Shown here one piece after another: positions 56,623 through 64,000 of a stretch of DNA of 64,000 bases (positions are counted from its first letter, which is position 1; each line of letters begins with the position of its first letter). The position numbers and the translations under genes are program-made. The DNA comes from Candidatus Saccharicenans sp. (GTDB taxonomy: Bacteria; Acidobacteriota; Aminicenantia; Aminicenantales; Saccharicenantaceae): NCBI GenBank assembly GCA_029907135.1, contig JARYMJ010000003.1, positions 4,472-68,471 on the forward strand, written 5' to 3'. The notes under the pieces were generated by a model that had not been told where the DNA came from, searched no databases, and was given only the letters and a program-made list of their open reading frames with translations.

Positions 56623-57798
56623 ATGCCAGACCCGGTTGGACTGAGAAAATCTATCCTGGTGGCCGCCTTCCTCCTGCTCTTTATCTTTTCCGGCCTGAGT
56701 TTTTATCGCAGCCGTCATTTGAAAGAACCACTGGTGGCCGGGGAAGGAGTGCTGGAAGTCAAAAAATTAAGCCACTATTTTCCTGGCCTGAAAGGTAGCA
56801 TTAACGATGCCAATGTTTATGTGCTGGGCCACAGAGCTAAAGGCTCCACCGGAGGGGCAGCTCTCATCCTGGGCGGTTCACACCCGGAGGAGCCGGCTGG
56901 GCGTCTGGCCGCCTGGCTGATCGTGGAAAACGCCCTGGTTGAAGATGGCCGGATTTTCGTTATTCCCACGGCCAATCCCAGCGCTTCCACCGCCACCCGG
57001 CTGGGTGGGGCTTACCCGCCAGATTACACGATTGACACGCCCTGGGGTCGGCAGACCTTCAGGCAGGGAGACCGCTGGTCCAACCCGCTAGACCAGTGGC
57101 CCGACCCAGAAGTTTACATCCACTACCCCTCCAGGCAGCAGCTGGCCTACATGGATATCAGAAATCAGAACCGGACCTGGCCCGGGCGGCCGAACGGCAC
57201 CCTGACCGAAAAAACCTGCTATGCCATGACCAGGTTGATTCTCAGCGAAAAAATTGACCTGGTGATAGACCTGCACGAAGCCGAGCTGCAGTACCCGGTC
57301 ATCAGTACCATCGTGGCCCACCAGAAGGGCGAGGACCTGGCGGCCATGGCCTCAATGATGATCAGCGGCGAAGAGGGATTCAACATCGGGGTGGAGTATT
57401 CCCCGGTGGCCCTGCGCGGGCTGTCGCATCGGGAAATAGGCGACCACACCCCGGCCATTCCCCTGCTCCTGGAAACACCCGAGCCTTTCCTGGATGCCAC
57501 CAGGGGCAAGACCGACCGCGAATTGCTGCTGACCGGCCGGGATGAATTCGTGATGAAAGCCGGGCGACACGGTTTGCTTTTTGAAAAGCTGGACGAGAAG
57601 GGCTGGCCGATAGACGTCAGGGTTGGCCGTCACCTGTCCTCCATCATCCAGATTTTCCGGGTCTGGAGCGAACTTAACCCCGACCGGGCCATCGTCATGG
57701 AAAATGTGCCACGCTATTCAGAGGTTATCGCCAGGGGCACGGGTTATTACCTTAAGAACCCGGCGGAGAGCCCGACCGGCCGGCTTTTCTTTGAATGA
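56623..57798 (+). CDS. membrane-anchored M14-like zinc hydrolase (succinylglutamate desuccinylase/aspartoacylase-type); candidate gamma-glutamyl hydrolase
   Basis: 391 aa with an N-terminal TM segment (ILVAAFLLLFIFSGLSFY). It has GGSHPEEPAG (HxxE), IRNQNRTWPG (the N-R of the substrate-binding motif) and VIDLHEAE (third His). Its 3' end overlaps the convergent PGA gene by 47 nt. Confidence 0.55.
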   Translation: MPDPVGLRKSILVAAFLLLFIFSGLSFYRSRHLKEPLVAGEGVLEVKKLSHYFPGLKGSINDANVYVLGHRAKGSTGGAALILGGSHPEEPAGRLAAWLIVENALVEDGRIFVIPTANPSASTATRLGGAYPPDYTIDTPWGRQTFRQGDRWSNPLDQWPDPEVYIHYPSRQQLAYMDIRNQNRTWPGRPNGTLTEKTCYAMTRLILSEKIDLVIDLHEAELQYPVISTIVAHQKGEDLAAMASMMISGEEGFNIGVEYSPVALRGLSHREIGDHTPAIPLLLETPEPFLDATRGKTDRELLLTGRDEFVMKAGRHGLLFEKLDEKGWPIDVRVGRHLSSIIQIFRVWSELNPDRAIVMENVPRYSEVIARGTGYYLKNPAESPTGRLFFE

Positions 57799-58870
57799 AA
57801 AGTTCAAGGCCCAGCCACACCAGGCAGACCAGAACATAAGCAGCTAAAAGTATCGCCAGTTCCCTCTTCTCCAGGACTCTATGCCGGCTGAAGCTGGTGG
57901 CCCCGGGCGGCGGCAGAGGTCTTGGGTCCCATGGCAGGTCATAAATCTCGGCCAGCCGGCGGATGTTCAACAAGTGTATCACCGGAATTTCCTTCCGAGC
58001 CATTTCCTGGATCAGCCCTCGCCTGGAAGCCGGTGGAATCTTCCTAACTCGCGTCAGTCCGGGCCGAAGCTTCAGGATGGAGGAATCCTGGCCGAGGTTA
58101 ACGGCACTCCCCCCGATATTTATAAAAGCCTTGAGCCGCCCGCCTCCGGCAGCCTGCTCCAACAGGCGGAGATGTTCCCTGACCCTGTCTTCGAGGCGGC
58201 CCGGGGGCAGGAATTCCAGGCCCAGCCGGTTAGCCAGGGCTTTCAGCCTGGCCCTAAGTTCTCCCGGATATTCCTGGCCGGAATCGTCTTCCCCTCCCCA
58301 GGCCGCGGCCAAGAGACGATGCTGGTTAAAGCCGTGCTGGCGCAGACATTCTTCCATGTCCAACCAGGAAAATTCCGGTTCATTGGCTCCCCACTGCGAA
58401 GCCCCGACCGAAACGATGGCCAGGAGTTCCAGTCGCAGGGCTCTGGCAGCACAATAGCTGGCCAGGATCAAGGCCGGGAAGGAACCGGAAGCTCCGACAG
58501 CTATTCTGTCCCCGGGTTTGACTCCGGCCCGTCGTAGAAGATACACCAGAAGAGCAGCCAGGTTCGGGTTAGTGGTTGTCCTTTTGGCCGACAAATTGCC
58601 CAGAGTGGTGGTCAGGGGACTGCTTTCCAGGCCTACCAGACCGGTCCGGTTAATATCAAATTGGTTGCTGTCAACGGATAAACCGCGGGCTTCCCGGCAA
58701 CCTCCAAGGAATTTCTCGGCTTCCAGCATCAGCCTGGCTGCTTCCAGCTCCACCGGGTCGGTCCTTAAACTGCCGGTTTTGACTCGGTCCAGGTGCAGGT
58801 AAAGCCACAGAAAAAACAAGCTGATAACAGCCAGTCCCAGCAGGGGCCGCAATCGATGATAGTTTTTCAT
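57752..58870 (-). CDS. poly-gamma-glutamate system protein (third component found with PgsB/PgsC where CapA/PgsA is absent)
   Basis: 372 aa. Its ATG overlaps the pgsC stop (ATGA). It has N- and C-terminal TM segments. INRTGLVGLESSPLTTTLGNLSAKRTTTNPNLAA matches my recollection of the family that NCBI names this way. Confidence 0.6.
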   Translation of the reverse strand: MKNYHRLRPLLGLAVISLFFLWLYLHLDRVKTGSLRTDPVELEAARLMLEAEKFLGGCREARGLSVDSNQFDINRTGLVGLESSPLTTTLGNLSAKRTTTNPNLAALLVYLLRRAGVKPGDRIAVGASGSFPALILASYCAARALRLELLAIVSVGASQWGANEPEFSWLDMEECLRQHGFNQHRLLAAAWGGEDDSGQEYPGELRARLKALANRLGLEFLPPGRLEDRVREHLRLLEQAAGGGRLKAFINIGGSAVNLGQDSSILKLRPGLTRVRKIPPASRRGLIQEMARKEIPVIHLLNIRRLAEIYDLPWDPRPLPPPGATSFSRHRVLEKRELAILLAAYVLVCLVWLGLELFIQRKAGRSGSPPGS

Positions 58871-59304
58871 CAGAAAAAAAGCCTGACCAGGAAAAAGGTC
58901 ATGACCGATACCAGGATCAGAGCGGCCAGGGTAGGCAGGGTCTTCTGACGCTCGAGGTTAGAAGCCAAGAGCCCGGGCACCACCCAACCTATAACCCTGA
59001 GCGAAAGAGGTTCCGAAAAAAAACGGGGCAGTATTAGCGCCCAGGCCTGGGCCAGGACCACGCCGGTCAGAATCATGAAGACAAACCGTCGCCGGCCGAA
59101 AAGAATCAAAAAGCTTCCGGCCAGGCGATAAAGCCCCAGGGTCACCAGGGCCACCAGCAGAGTGGCCAGGGGCCGCCAGGGCTGGTCCAGGTAAATGGCG
59201 AAATATCCGGGCACGATTAACCCGCCCGGAGAAAAGCCAGCCAGCTCAGTAAAAATCAAGGCTAGCACCAGACCGAGAAAAAGGGAACTATATTCTGACA
59301 GCAT
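58870..59304 (-). CDS. pgsC: poly-gamma-glutamate biosynthesis protein PgsC/CapC
   Basis: 144 aa. LGLVLALIFTELAGFSPGGLIVPGYFAIYLDQP, LFGRRRF and VVPGLLASNLERQ align with B. subtilis PgsC (LILGVLLSLIFAEKTGIVPAGLVVPGYLGLVFNQP, LYGRRKF, IVPGLIANTIQKQ). Confidence 0.9.
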   Translation of the reverse strand: MLSEYSSLFLGLVLALIFTELAGFSPGGLIVPGYFAIYLDQPWRPLATLLVALVTLGLYRLAGSFLILFGRRRFVFMILTGVVLAQAWALILPRFFSEPLSLRVIGWVVPGLLASNLERQKTLPTLAALILVSVMTFFLVRLFF

Positions 59305-60523
59305 CGGCCGTCCTTTCCAGGTAATCTATCAGCTGGCAGCCAAAGCCACCGATGTTTCCCAGACCGAAGACCAGGCAGTCGGAAACGGAAGCCGACCGGG
59401 TTTTCTGGCACTCTTTCACCAGCCTGATAATCTCCTCCAGGCTGGATTCCGGATGCCGGGCTGAAAGGAGATGAACCATCCTGTCCGAGGTTCCAAACGA
59501 TCGTCTTATCTTAAAGCGCAAAGCCCTGGCTCCAGGGCCGGTCAGAACGAGCGATTCCAGGAAATTGGCCTTCCCGCTTTTCAGGAAATCGGCCCATTGG
59601 GCAGTCCGGTCACCGCGGTCGGCCCGCAAGCTCAACAAGCCAATTTTTGGATTGTCCTGCCAGCCCATTCTGTGGGTGACAAATTCCAGGGCCAGCAGGC
59701 TCGATTCCGGGTCGTTGGCCGCAAACAGACTAACGAAATAGAAAAACCTGTTTCTACCATATCTAATCTTCCAGGCCCGGGTCCGGCCGTAATCAGGCTT
59801 GAGGTCGGACCAGGTTGACCCGGCCCGGGACGAGGCTATCCCCAGGTGTTCCAGGACGGCCAGAGCCAGGCGCAGGTTGGGTTCAAATTCAGGATAAGGC
59901 AGAATTTCCGTCAGACGAGCCGCCTCGGGACTGCTACCAACCGCCCTCAGCTCAAACCCTTGTTTATTAGCCAGGACTTCCATCCAGGGTCGCCATTCTT
60001 CTTCGGGCAAGAACACCAGGGTCCCGGCCGGAACCGCCGTCATCATTTTCCTGGCCACTTCTTCCTTGTCCTGGCCCAGAAACTCGGTGTGGTCGACCCG
60101 GAAATTGCTCAAAACCAGGATATCGGGCTGCAGCAGATACCGGCCTTCGGCCTTCAGGCATTCGGGCTGGATGCTCATCATTTCACTCACCAGAAAATCA
60201 GCCCGTTCGGCTACGGCTCTCGCCGCCAGATTTTTCTGTTCCAGGATGGTGGCCGGACCCCTTCTCCGGATCTCCTCTTCCCGACCGTCAGGATAGATTA
60301 CAACCGGCTTGGAGCCGGTGGTCTTGGCCACTACCTTGTAACCTCCAGCCCTCAGGCCACAGGCGATCAGGCGGGTGATGCTGGACTTGCCCCGGATGCC
60401 GCTGACGGCAATTCTGGATGGTATTTTTTTTATCCGGCACCGGCAACCATAACTTTCCACACCTAAATAAATGAGAAAAATAAACCAGGACAACAGGGGA
60501 ATTAAATCCAGCGGTTGAAACAT
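59288..60523 (-). CDS. pgsB: poly-gamma-glutamate synthase PgsB/CapB (Mur-ligase-like amide ligase)
   Basis: 411 aa with an N-terminal TM segment. It has SGIRGKSSITRLI, AKTTGS, ILEQ, SEMMSIQPE, VDH, FAANDPES and LRADRGDRT. All match B. subtilis PgsB landmarks. Stop is TAG. Confidence 0.9.
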   Translation of the reverse strand: MFQPLDLIPLLSWFIFLIYLGVESYGCRCRIKKIPSRIAVSGIRGKSSITRLIACGLRAGGYKVVAKTTGSKPVVIYPDGREEEIRRRGPATILEQKNLAARAVAERADFLVSEMMSIQPECLKAEGRYLLQPDILVLSNFRVDHTEFLGQDKEEVARKMMTAVPAGTLVFLPEEEWRPWMEVLANKQGFELRAVGSSPEAARLTEILPYPEFEPNLRLALAVLEHLGIASSRAGSTWSDLKPDYGRTRAWKIRYGRNRFFYFVSLFAANDPESSLLALEFVTHRMGWQDNPKIGLLSLRADRGDRTAQWADFLKSGKANFLESLVLTGPGARALRFKIRRSFGTSDRMVHLLSARHPESSLEEIIRLVKECQKTRSASVSDCLVFGLGNIGGFGCQLIDYLERTADAVRI

Positions 60524-60569
60524 CAGCTCATCTCATTCCTGAATCTGATCTCAGCATTAAGGTCGATTA

Positions 60570-61916
60570 TCAGAATTTCCTCTTGGCCAGAAGAACCTCT
60601 ATTTCCTCAATTTCCTTGGGCACAGCCGAAGTCAGGACCTCGCAACCATCCCTGGTAATCAGCACCGTGTCTTCAATTCTGATCCCCAGGTTTTTCTCGG
60701 GGTAATAGAGCGCTGGCTCAATGGCCATGACCATGCCTTCCTTGAGCACCAGGTCACCGCTCTGAACGTCATGGACAGACAGACCGACCAGGTGTCCCAG
60801 GCCACCCCGCAGACCCAGGGGGTCGATTCCTTTTTCTTTCATCTTGCGAGCCACGTACTCCTGAACATCGCGGCTGGTGACGCCGGGCCGGAAGGCTTCA
60901 AGGCAGGCTTTCTGCACTTCCAGCACCACCCGGTAGATTTTTTTCTGTTCCTCGGTGAACCGGCCCGAGACCGGCCAGGTCCTGGTAATATCCATCGTCA
61001 GGTAATTCAGGTCGCCGCCGAAATCCATCAGCACCAGCTCCCCGGATTCCATTCGCCGGTTGTTCTTCTCGTAATGCTGGATACAGGTATTGGGACCGGA
61101 ACCGATAATAGGCGGATATGCCGGACCCCGGCAACCGTTCCTGAGAAGCACCTCGACCGCGGCCGCTTCCAGTTCATATTCATAAGCTCCTGGTCTTGAG
61201 GCCAGCATGGCCTTTTTAACAGCCTCGGCCGAGATTTTCCCGTTCTGCCTGAGGATGGCAATTTCTTCCCCGGTTTTAATCATCCTCAGGGCATCGATAA
61301 AGGGAGTCACATCTTTGAGCTGGGCAGCCGGGTAAAGCTGACGGAACCGCTCAGCCCGGAACTGGTTGAGATTGGGCTGGGCGTTATAGGGATTCCTGTG
61401 ACGGCGGGCCAGGAACAGGGCCGTTTCCGATCGCGATTCGCCGACCGAATCCTCTGGCGATAACCTCAGATAGAGCAACTGGTCCTGGCGCCCGGCCAGC
61501 CTGGCCAGGAACTCGTCCAAATAACTGACGGGGTAGATATTTCTGAGCTTGAGTATTTCTCTGGCCCCGGGGTCGTCCAGGCTGTTGCCACCTTCCATCA
61601 TTTTTTCCCTCTCCGTTTTCTGTGGAACAAAAAGAAAGCTGTCCCCGGTGGAGGGAATCATAACCAGGACGGCATTGGCGTCCTCTAATCCGGTAAAATA
61701 GTAAAAGTCGTTATCCTGGCGAAAATGTCCAGCCCCGGTCTGACCCGGACTGGCAAAAAGGATGATCACTCCCTGGCCCACCGCCTGCATCAGCGCCTGT
61801 CGGCGTTTCTCAAATTCGCCCGGGGTATAGGCAGCCGGGTTGGTAGCCTGGGCCAAGACCTGGCCACAAAAGGCCAGGGCCAGGAATAGCAGCCATAAGC
61901 TCTTTCTCTTTTCCAT
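60570..61916 (-). CDS. secreted Xaa-Pro aminopeptidase (M24B)
   Basis: 448 aa with a signal peptide (LWLLFLALAFCGQVLA). It has the creatinase-like N-domain. Metal ligands are MDFGGD...DITRT, GHLVGLSVHD, IEPA and IRIEDTV. Confidence 0.85.
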   Translation of the reverse strand: MEKRKSLWLLFLALAFCGQVLAQATNPAAYTPGEFEKRRQALMQAVGQGVIILFASPGQTGAGHFRQDNDFYYFTGLEDANAVLVMIPSTGDSFLFVPQKTEREKMMEGGNSLDDPGAREILKLRNIYPVSYLDEFLARLAGRQDQLLYLRLSPEDSVGESRSETALFLARRHRNPYNAQPNLNQFRAERFRQLYPAAQLKDVTPFIDALRMIKTGEEIAILRQNGKISAEAVKKAMLASRPGAYEYELEAAAVEVLLRNGCRGPAYPPIIGSGPNTCIQHYEKNNRRMESGELVLMDFGGDLNYLTMDITRTWPVSGRFTEEQKKIYRVVLEVQKACLEAFRPGVTSRDVQEYVARKMKEKGIDPLGLRGGLGHLVGLSVHDVQSGDLVLKEGMVMAIEPALYYPEKNLGIRIEDTVLITRDGCEVLTSAVPKEIEEIEVLLAKRKF

Positions 61917-62103
61917 GTCTACCGTCCTAAGAGTAATTTTTCCGCACTTGTGAGTTTATTAAAATTATGGTCGCGCTGCAATTAGAACAATGGTCAGCAG
62001 AGTCAGGTCGGGCCTGGCCTGGCTTTCTCCAGCTTTGACTTATGAGCCCTTTTTATCCTTTAATACCGGTGACCAAAAAAAAATTCGGTCCGGGTTAAAA
62101 TCT

Positions 62104-62637
62104 ATGGCTACCGGCGGAGCCAAATTCCTGGTCACCGGCTTACCCGGTTCAGGCAAGACCACCCTGGTGGAAAAAATCATCTCCGGCCTGGGGTCCGAAA
62201 TAAATATGAGCGGATTCATCACCAGAGAAATCCGGGTGGAAGGTCAAAGGCTGGGTTTTGAGCTGCGCAGCCTGGACGGCAGGCTGGCTACTCTCAGTCA
62301 CGTCAACCTGAAAACGCCCCACCGGGTGGGCAAATACCGGGTTGACCTGGCCGGGTTTGAAAATTTCCTGGCCAGCATTAAATTCTTTGCTCCTGAAGTC
62401 AGGCTGGTGGTGGTAGATGAAATCGGTAAGATGGAGTGCCTGTCTGACCGGTTCCGGGAAATTGTCCTTAAGTTACTGTCAGGGCCAACCGCCCTCCTGG
62501 CCACCATTGCCCTCCACGGGAGCCCTTTTATGGAAAGAATTAAAACCAGTCCCGGAGTTCAGGTCTTTGAGATTTCTCCGGCTAACAGGGAGGACCTCGG
62601 TCGCCAACTTCTGGCCAGAATCCGGGCTAAGTTATAA
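62104..62637 (+). CDS. THEP1-type nucleoside-triphosphatase
   Basis: The ATG at 62104 gives 177 aa (the track ORF starts upstream at 61990). It has Walker A GLPGSGKTT, Walker B VVVDEIGKME, and the usual size for this family. Confidence 0.8.
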   Translation: MATGGAKFLVTGLPGSGKTTLVEKIISGLGSEINMSGFITREIRVEGQRLGFELRSLDGRLATLSHVNLKTPHRVGKYRVDLAGFENFLASIKFFAPEVRLVVVDEIGKMECLSDRFREIVLKLLSGPTALLATIALHGSPFMERIKTSPGVQVFEISPANREDLGRQLLARIRAKL

Positions 62638-62717
62638 AGCCTATCGGACTTTCTCCAGGGTCACGACTGGTCTTTCTTAAGTTATTCGATTTTGAGAATA
62701 TTTTAAGAAGAAGAAAG

Positions 62718-62748
62718 AGAGGGGTGCCGCCGTGCACCCCTCTTTTCT
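62718..62748 (+). terminator. rho-independent terminator of the NTPase gene
   Basis: Stem AGAGGGGTGC/GCACCCCTCT (62718-62727 / 62734-62743) has a 6-nt loop and is followed by TTTCT. Confidence 0.55.
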
Positions 62749-62846
62749 AATTGAAGGAAGGGGGAATGGAAAGAAGGGCAAAGAAGGGCAAAAAGGAGGC
62801 ATTTATAAATTTATGGGTGCGCTCATCGCCTAACTTAAAGAAACAG

Positions 62847-62903
62847 GGGGAGGAAGAGATTGGCTTATAATTCTGCCTGCTTAATCTCAATATCTTCCTC
62901 CCC
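62847..62903. other. long imperfect hairpin in an AT-rich non-coding spacer
   Basis: An 11-bp stem GGGGAGGAAGA/TCTTCCTCCCC (62847-62857 / 62893-62903) is extended by GATT/AATC (62858-62861 / 62883-62886). There is a 6-nt bulge and a 21-nt loop. On the minus strand it is followed by CTGTTTCTTT. Confidence 0.4.
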
Positions 62904-63136
62904 GTACCAGCATCAGCATCTATATATAAAAACTGTCTATCGCTTTTTTCCGTTTCCTTCAATCTTCTGGCCATCTCACTTTACCCATAATATTATCAGC
63001 AAGATTTGTGCCAGGTTTCATCAAGGGGAGATTCCCTGTTGACCGGCCAGTTTCTTAAAAAAAATTAAAACTATCGTAAAAATTCTTTACGGGAAGCCTG
63101 CTAAGCTGTAATTCCTGGGAATGGTAAAGCCCGGAT

Positions 63137-64000
63137 TCAAACCTGCAGACACGGGGCGAAGTTCTTGGACCTCATGATAACCAGGCTGCCCTGGGATACA
63201 TCAAGGTACCGGGCCACCACCTGGCACTTGGCCTTCAGCAGAAAATAGAAAGGGCCCCGAAGCTGCTCCAGGCACTCAAAATTGCCCTGCCCTTTACTGA
63301 TGATAAGGTCAGCTTGGCGGAGAAGGCCCTGGAATTTAGGCCAACATTGTTCATAAACGGTTCCCGGCGCCCGGCAACCAGAAGAGATCAGCTCGGCCAC
63401 TAACTGAAGACCTGAGGCCCGGCCTTCTTCCAGGGTGGCGTCGTTGATGATCGGTTTTTCCCTGACGGCATAAATCATCCGCCGGCCAGAGAATTCTATG
63501 AACAGCCGGTCAAAGACTGTTTCCCCGGCATTATCTCCCAGGAAAACGATTGTCTCGGCCCGGTCAAGGTCAGCCCGGAGCAGTTGGTAGTCATCAATGG
63601 CCAGCGGTTGGGACTGGAGGAACCGACCATCCAGCAGCCAGTCCTCGCCGGAGTTAGCCCCAAAGTCAATGACGTTTCCGGCCAGCGATATTTCCAGGGC
63701 AGCTCGGAGCGGGTCGGGCGCCAATTGGGCCATATTTTTTAGGCCAGAATAGAGTTCCAGGGCCCTCTGGATATGTTCTTCCTTAAGCTTCTTGTAAGGG
63801 TCGGGATCGCGGCTGAACCCGGCTATCAGACTATACAGGTCCTCTGAAATTTCTGGTGGAGTTCGGTCAAAATCGGTGGCTGCCAAGAAAGCGCAGGCCT
63901 GGCGGGTCATTTCCCTGGTTGCTTGGTCACTGAGCCCCAGGACCACGGCTGTTCTCAACACCTGGCTCAGCAGGCAGAGGTAACACTCGGCTTCGGCCTT
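63137..64000 (-). CDS. DUF89 (damage-control phosphatase ARMT1-like) family protein, 5' end beyond the window
   Basis: The frame is open to position 64000: it reads KAEAECYLCLLSQVLRTAVVLG upstream of the track's GTG start at 63961. The C..C..Q N-terminal motif, FLGDNAGE, GQGNFE and FLLKAKCQVVA are DUF89 hallmarks. Confidence 0.8.
   Translation of the reverse strand, partial: KAEAECYLCLLSQVLRTAVVLGLSDQATREMTRQACAFLAATDFDRTPPEISEDLYSLIAGFSRDPDPYKKLKEEHIQRALELYSGLKNMAQLAPDPLRAALEISLAGNVIDFGANSGEDWLLDGRFLQSQPLAIDDYQLLRADLDRAETIVFLGDNAGETVFDRLFIEFSGRRMIYAVREKPIINDATLEEGRASGLQLVAELISSGCRAPGTVYEQCWPKFQGLLRQADLIISKGQGNFECLEQLRGPFYFLLKAKCQVVARYLDVSQGSLVIMRSKNFAPCLQV

Noticed and set aside
62747-62974. 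A 75-aa minus-strand track ORF, and the possibility that the spacer encodes RNase P RNA, tmRNA, SRP RNA or 6S RNA.
   Set aside because: The ORF has no SD, its composition is odd (AT-rich spacer), and it spans the hairpin. The universally conserved strings of RNase P (GGAAAGTCC...), tmRNA (tRNA-like end with GGTTCGA..CCA) and SRP (GGAAGCAGCC region) are absent.
1-64000. Genome-wide reassignment of TAG to a sense codon as the explanation for the two in-frame TAGs.
   Set aside because: Seven other well-defined genes in the window terminate at TAG at the expected C-terminus (for example glmM at 40423, pgsB at 59288, and the BNR protein at 13465, which ends exactly where its paralogue's propeller ends). 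I found no further in-frame TAGs.
1-64000. CRISPR arrays, IS elements, integrases, prophage or defence-system genes.
   Set aside because: There are no regularly spaced repeats, no transposase/recombinase/integrase-like ORFs, and no nuclease/helicase/RT-type ORFs. Every ORF longer than 150 aa that is not a shadow has a metabolic, envelope or hydrolase assignment.

Overview
This 64-kb chromosomal window is roughly 50-55% GC by eye. It appears to come from an anaerobic or microaerophilic non-model bacterium (desulfoferrodoxin, PerR-type regulator, membrane pyrophosphatase); the taxon cannot be fixed from sequence alone. I can support about 48 protein-coding genes, one tRNA-Ala(GGC), and several sigma70-type promoters and intrinsic terminators. 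I saw no rRNA, CRISPR array, transposase, integrase, phage or toxin-antitoxin genes. Layout: (1) 0-28 kb holds secreted hydrolases (metallophosphoesterase, two sortilin-like BNR/Asp-box propeller proteins, a GH123-like protein, M64 and M6-like peptidases, a GH78 rhamnosidase, a DUF4838-like protein), interrupted by a perR-dfx-prx oxidative-stress operon and a flippase-like/GT4 pair. (2) 28-34.5 kb holds a permease, a sulfatase-fold/TPR gene, an AhpD-like protein and an aromatic-rich secreted protein. (3) 34.7-42.5 kb is a housekeeping run: ftsH-folP-cdaA-cdaR-glmM-pdxJ-M20 hydrolase. (4) 42.5-54.4 kb holds a GGQ-domain protein, one M14 and two M28 peptidases, an EIIA-fusion protein, hppA and a DUF72 protein. 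(5) 54.5-61.9 kb is a poly-gamma-glutamate (PGA) locus (aminopeptidase P, pgsB, pgsC, PGA system protein) converging on a permease / micro-ORF / M14-like module. (6) The window ends with a THEP1-type NTPase and a DUF89 gene that runs off the right edge. Six things are most worth a second look. (a) The sulfatase-fold/TPR gene is one continuous frame of 716 codons (stop included) interrupted only by two in-frame TAG codons. (b) The capA-less PGA locus has an overlapping convergent candidate degradation/uptake module. (c) A PtsN-like EIIA domain is fused to a coiled-coil zinc ribbon and a lysine-rich tail. (d) An untracked CPTC thioredoxin-fold ORF, about 84 codons long, sits in the apparently empty gap beside perR-dfx-prx. 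(e) A PlsY-like N-terminus is fused to a polyprenol/DAG-kinase-like domain and broken by a homopolymer frameshift. (f) CdaA carries RHL in place of the canonical RHR motif. Nearly all other track ORFs of 60 aa or more are antisense or off-frame shadows of these genes.
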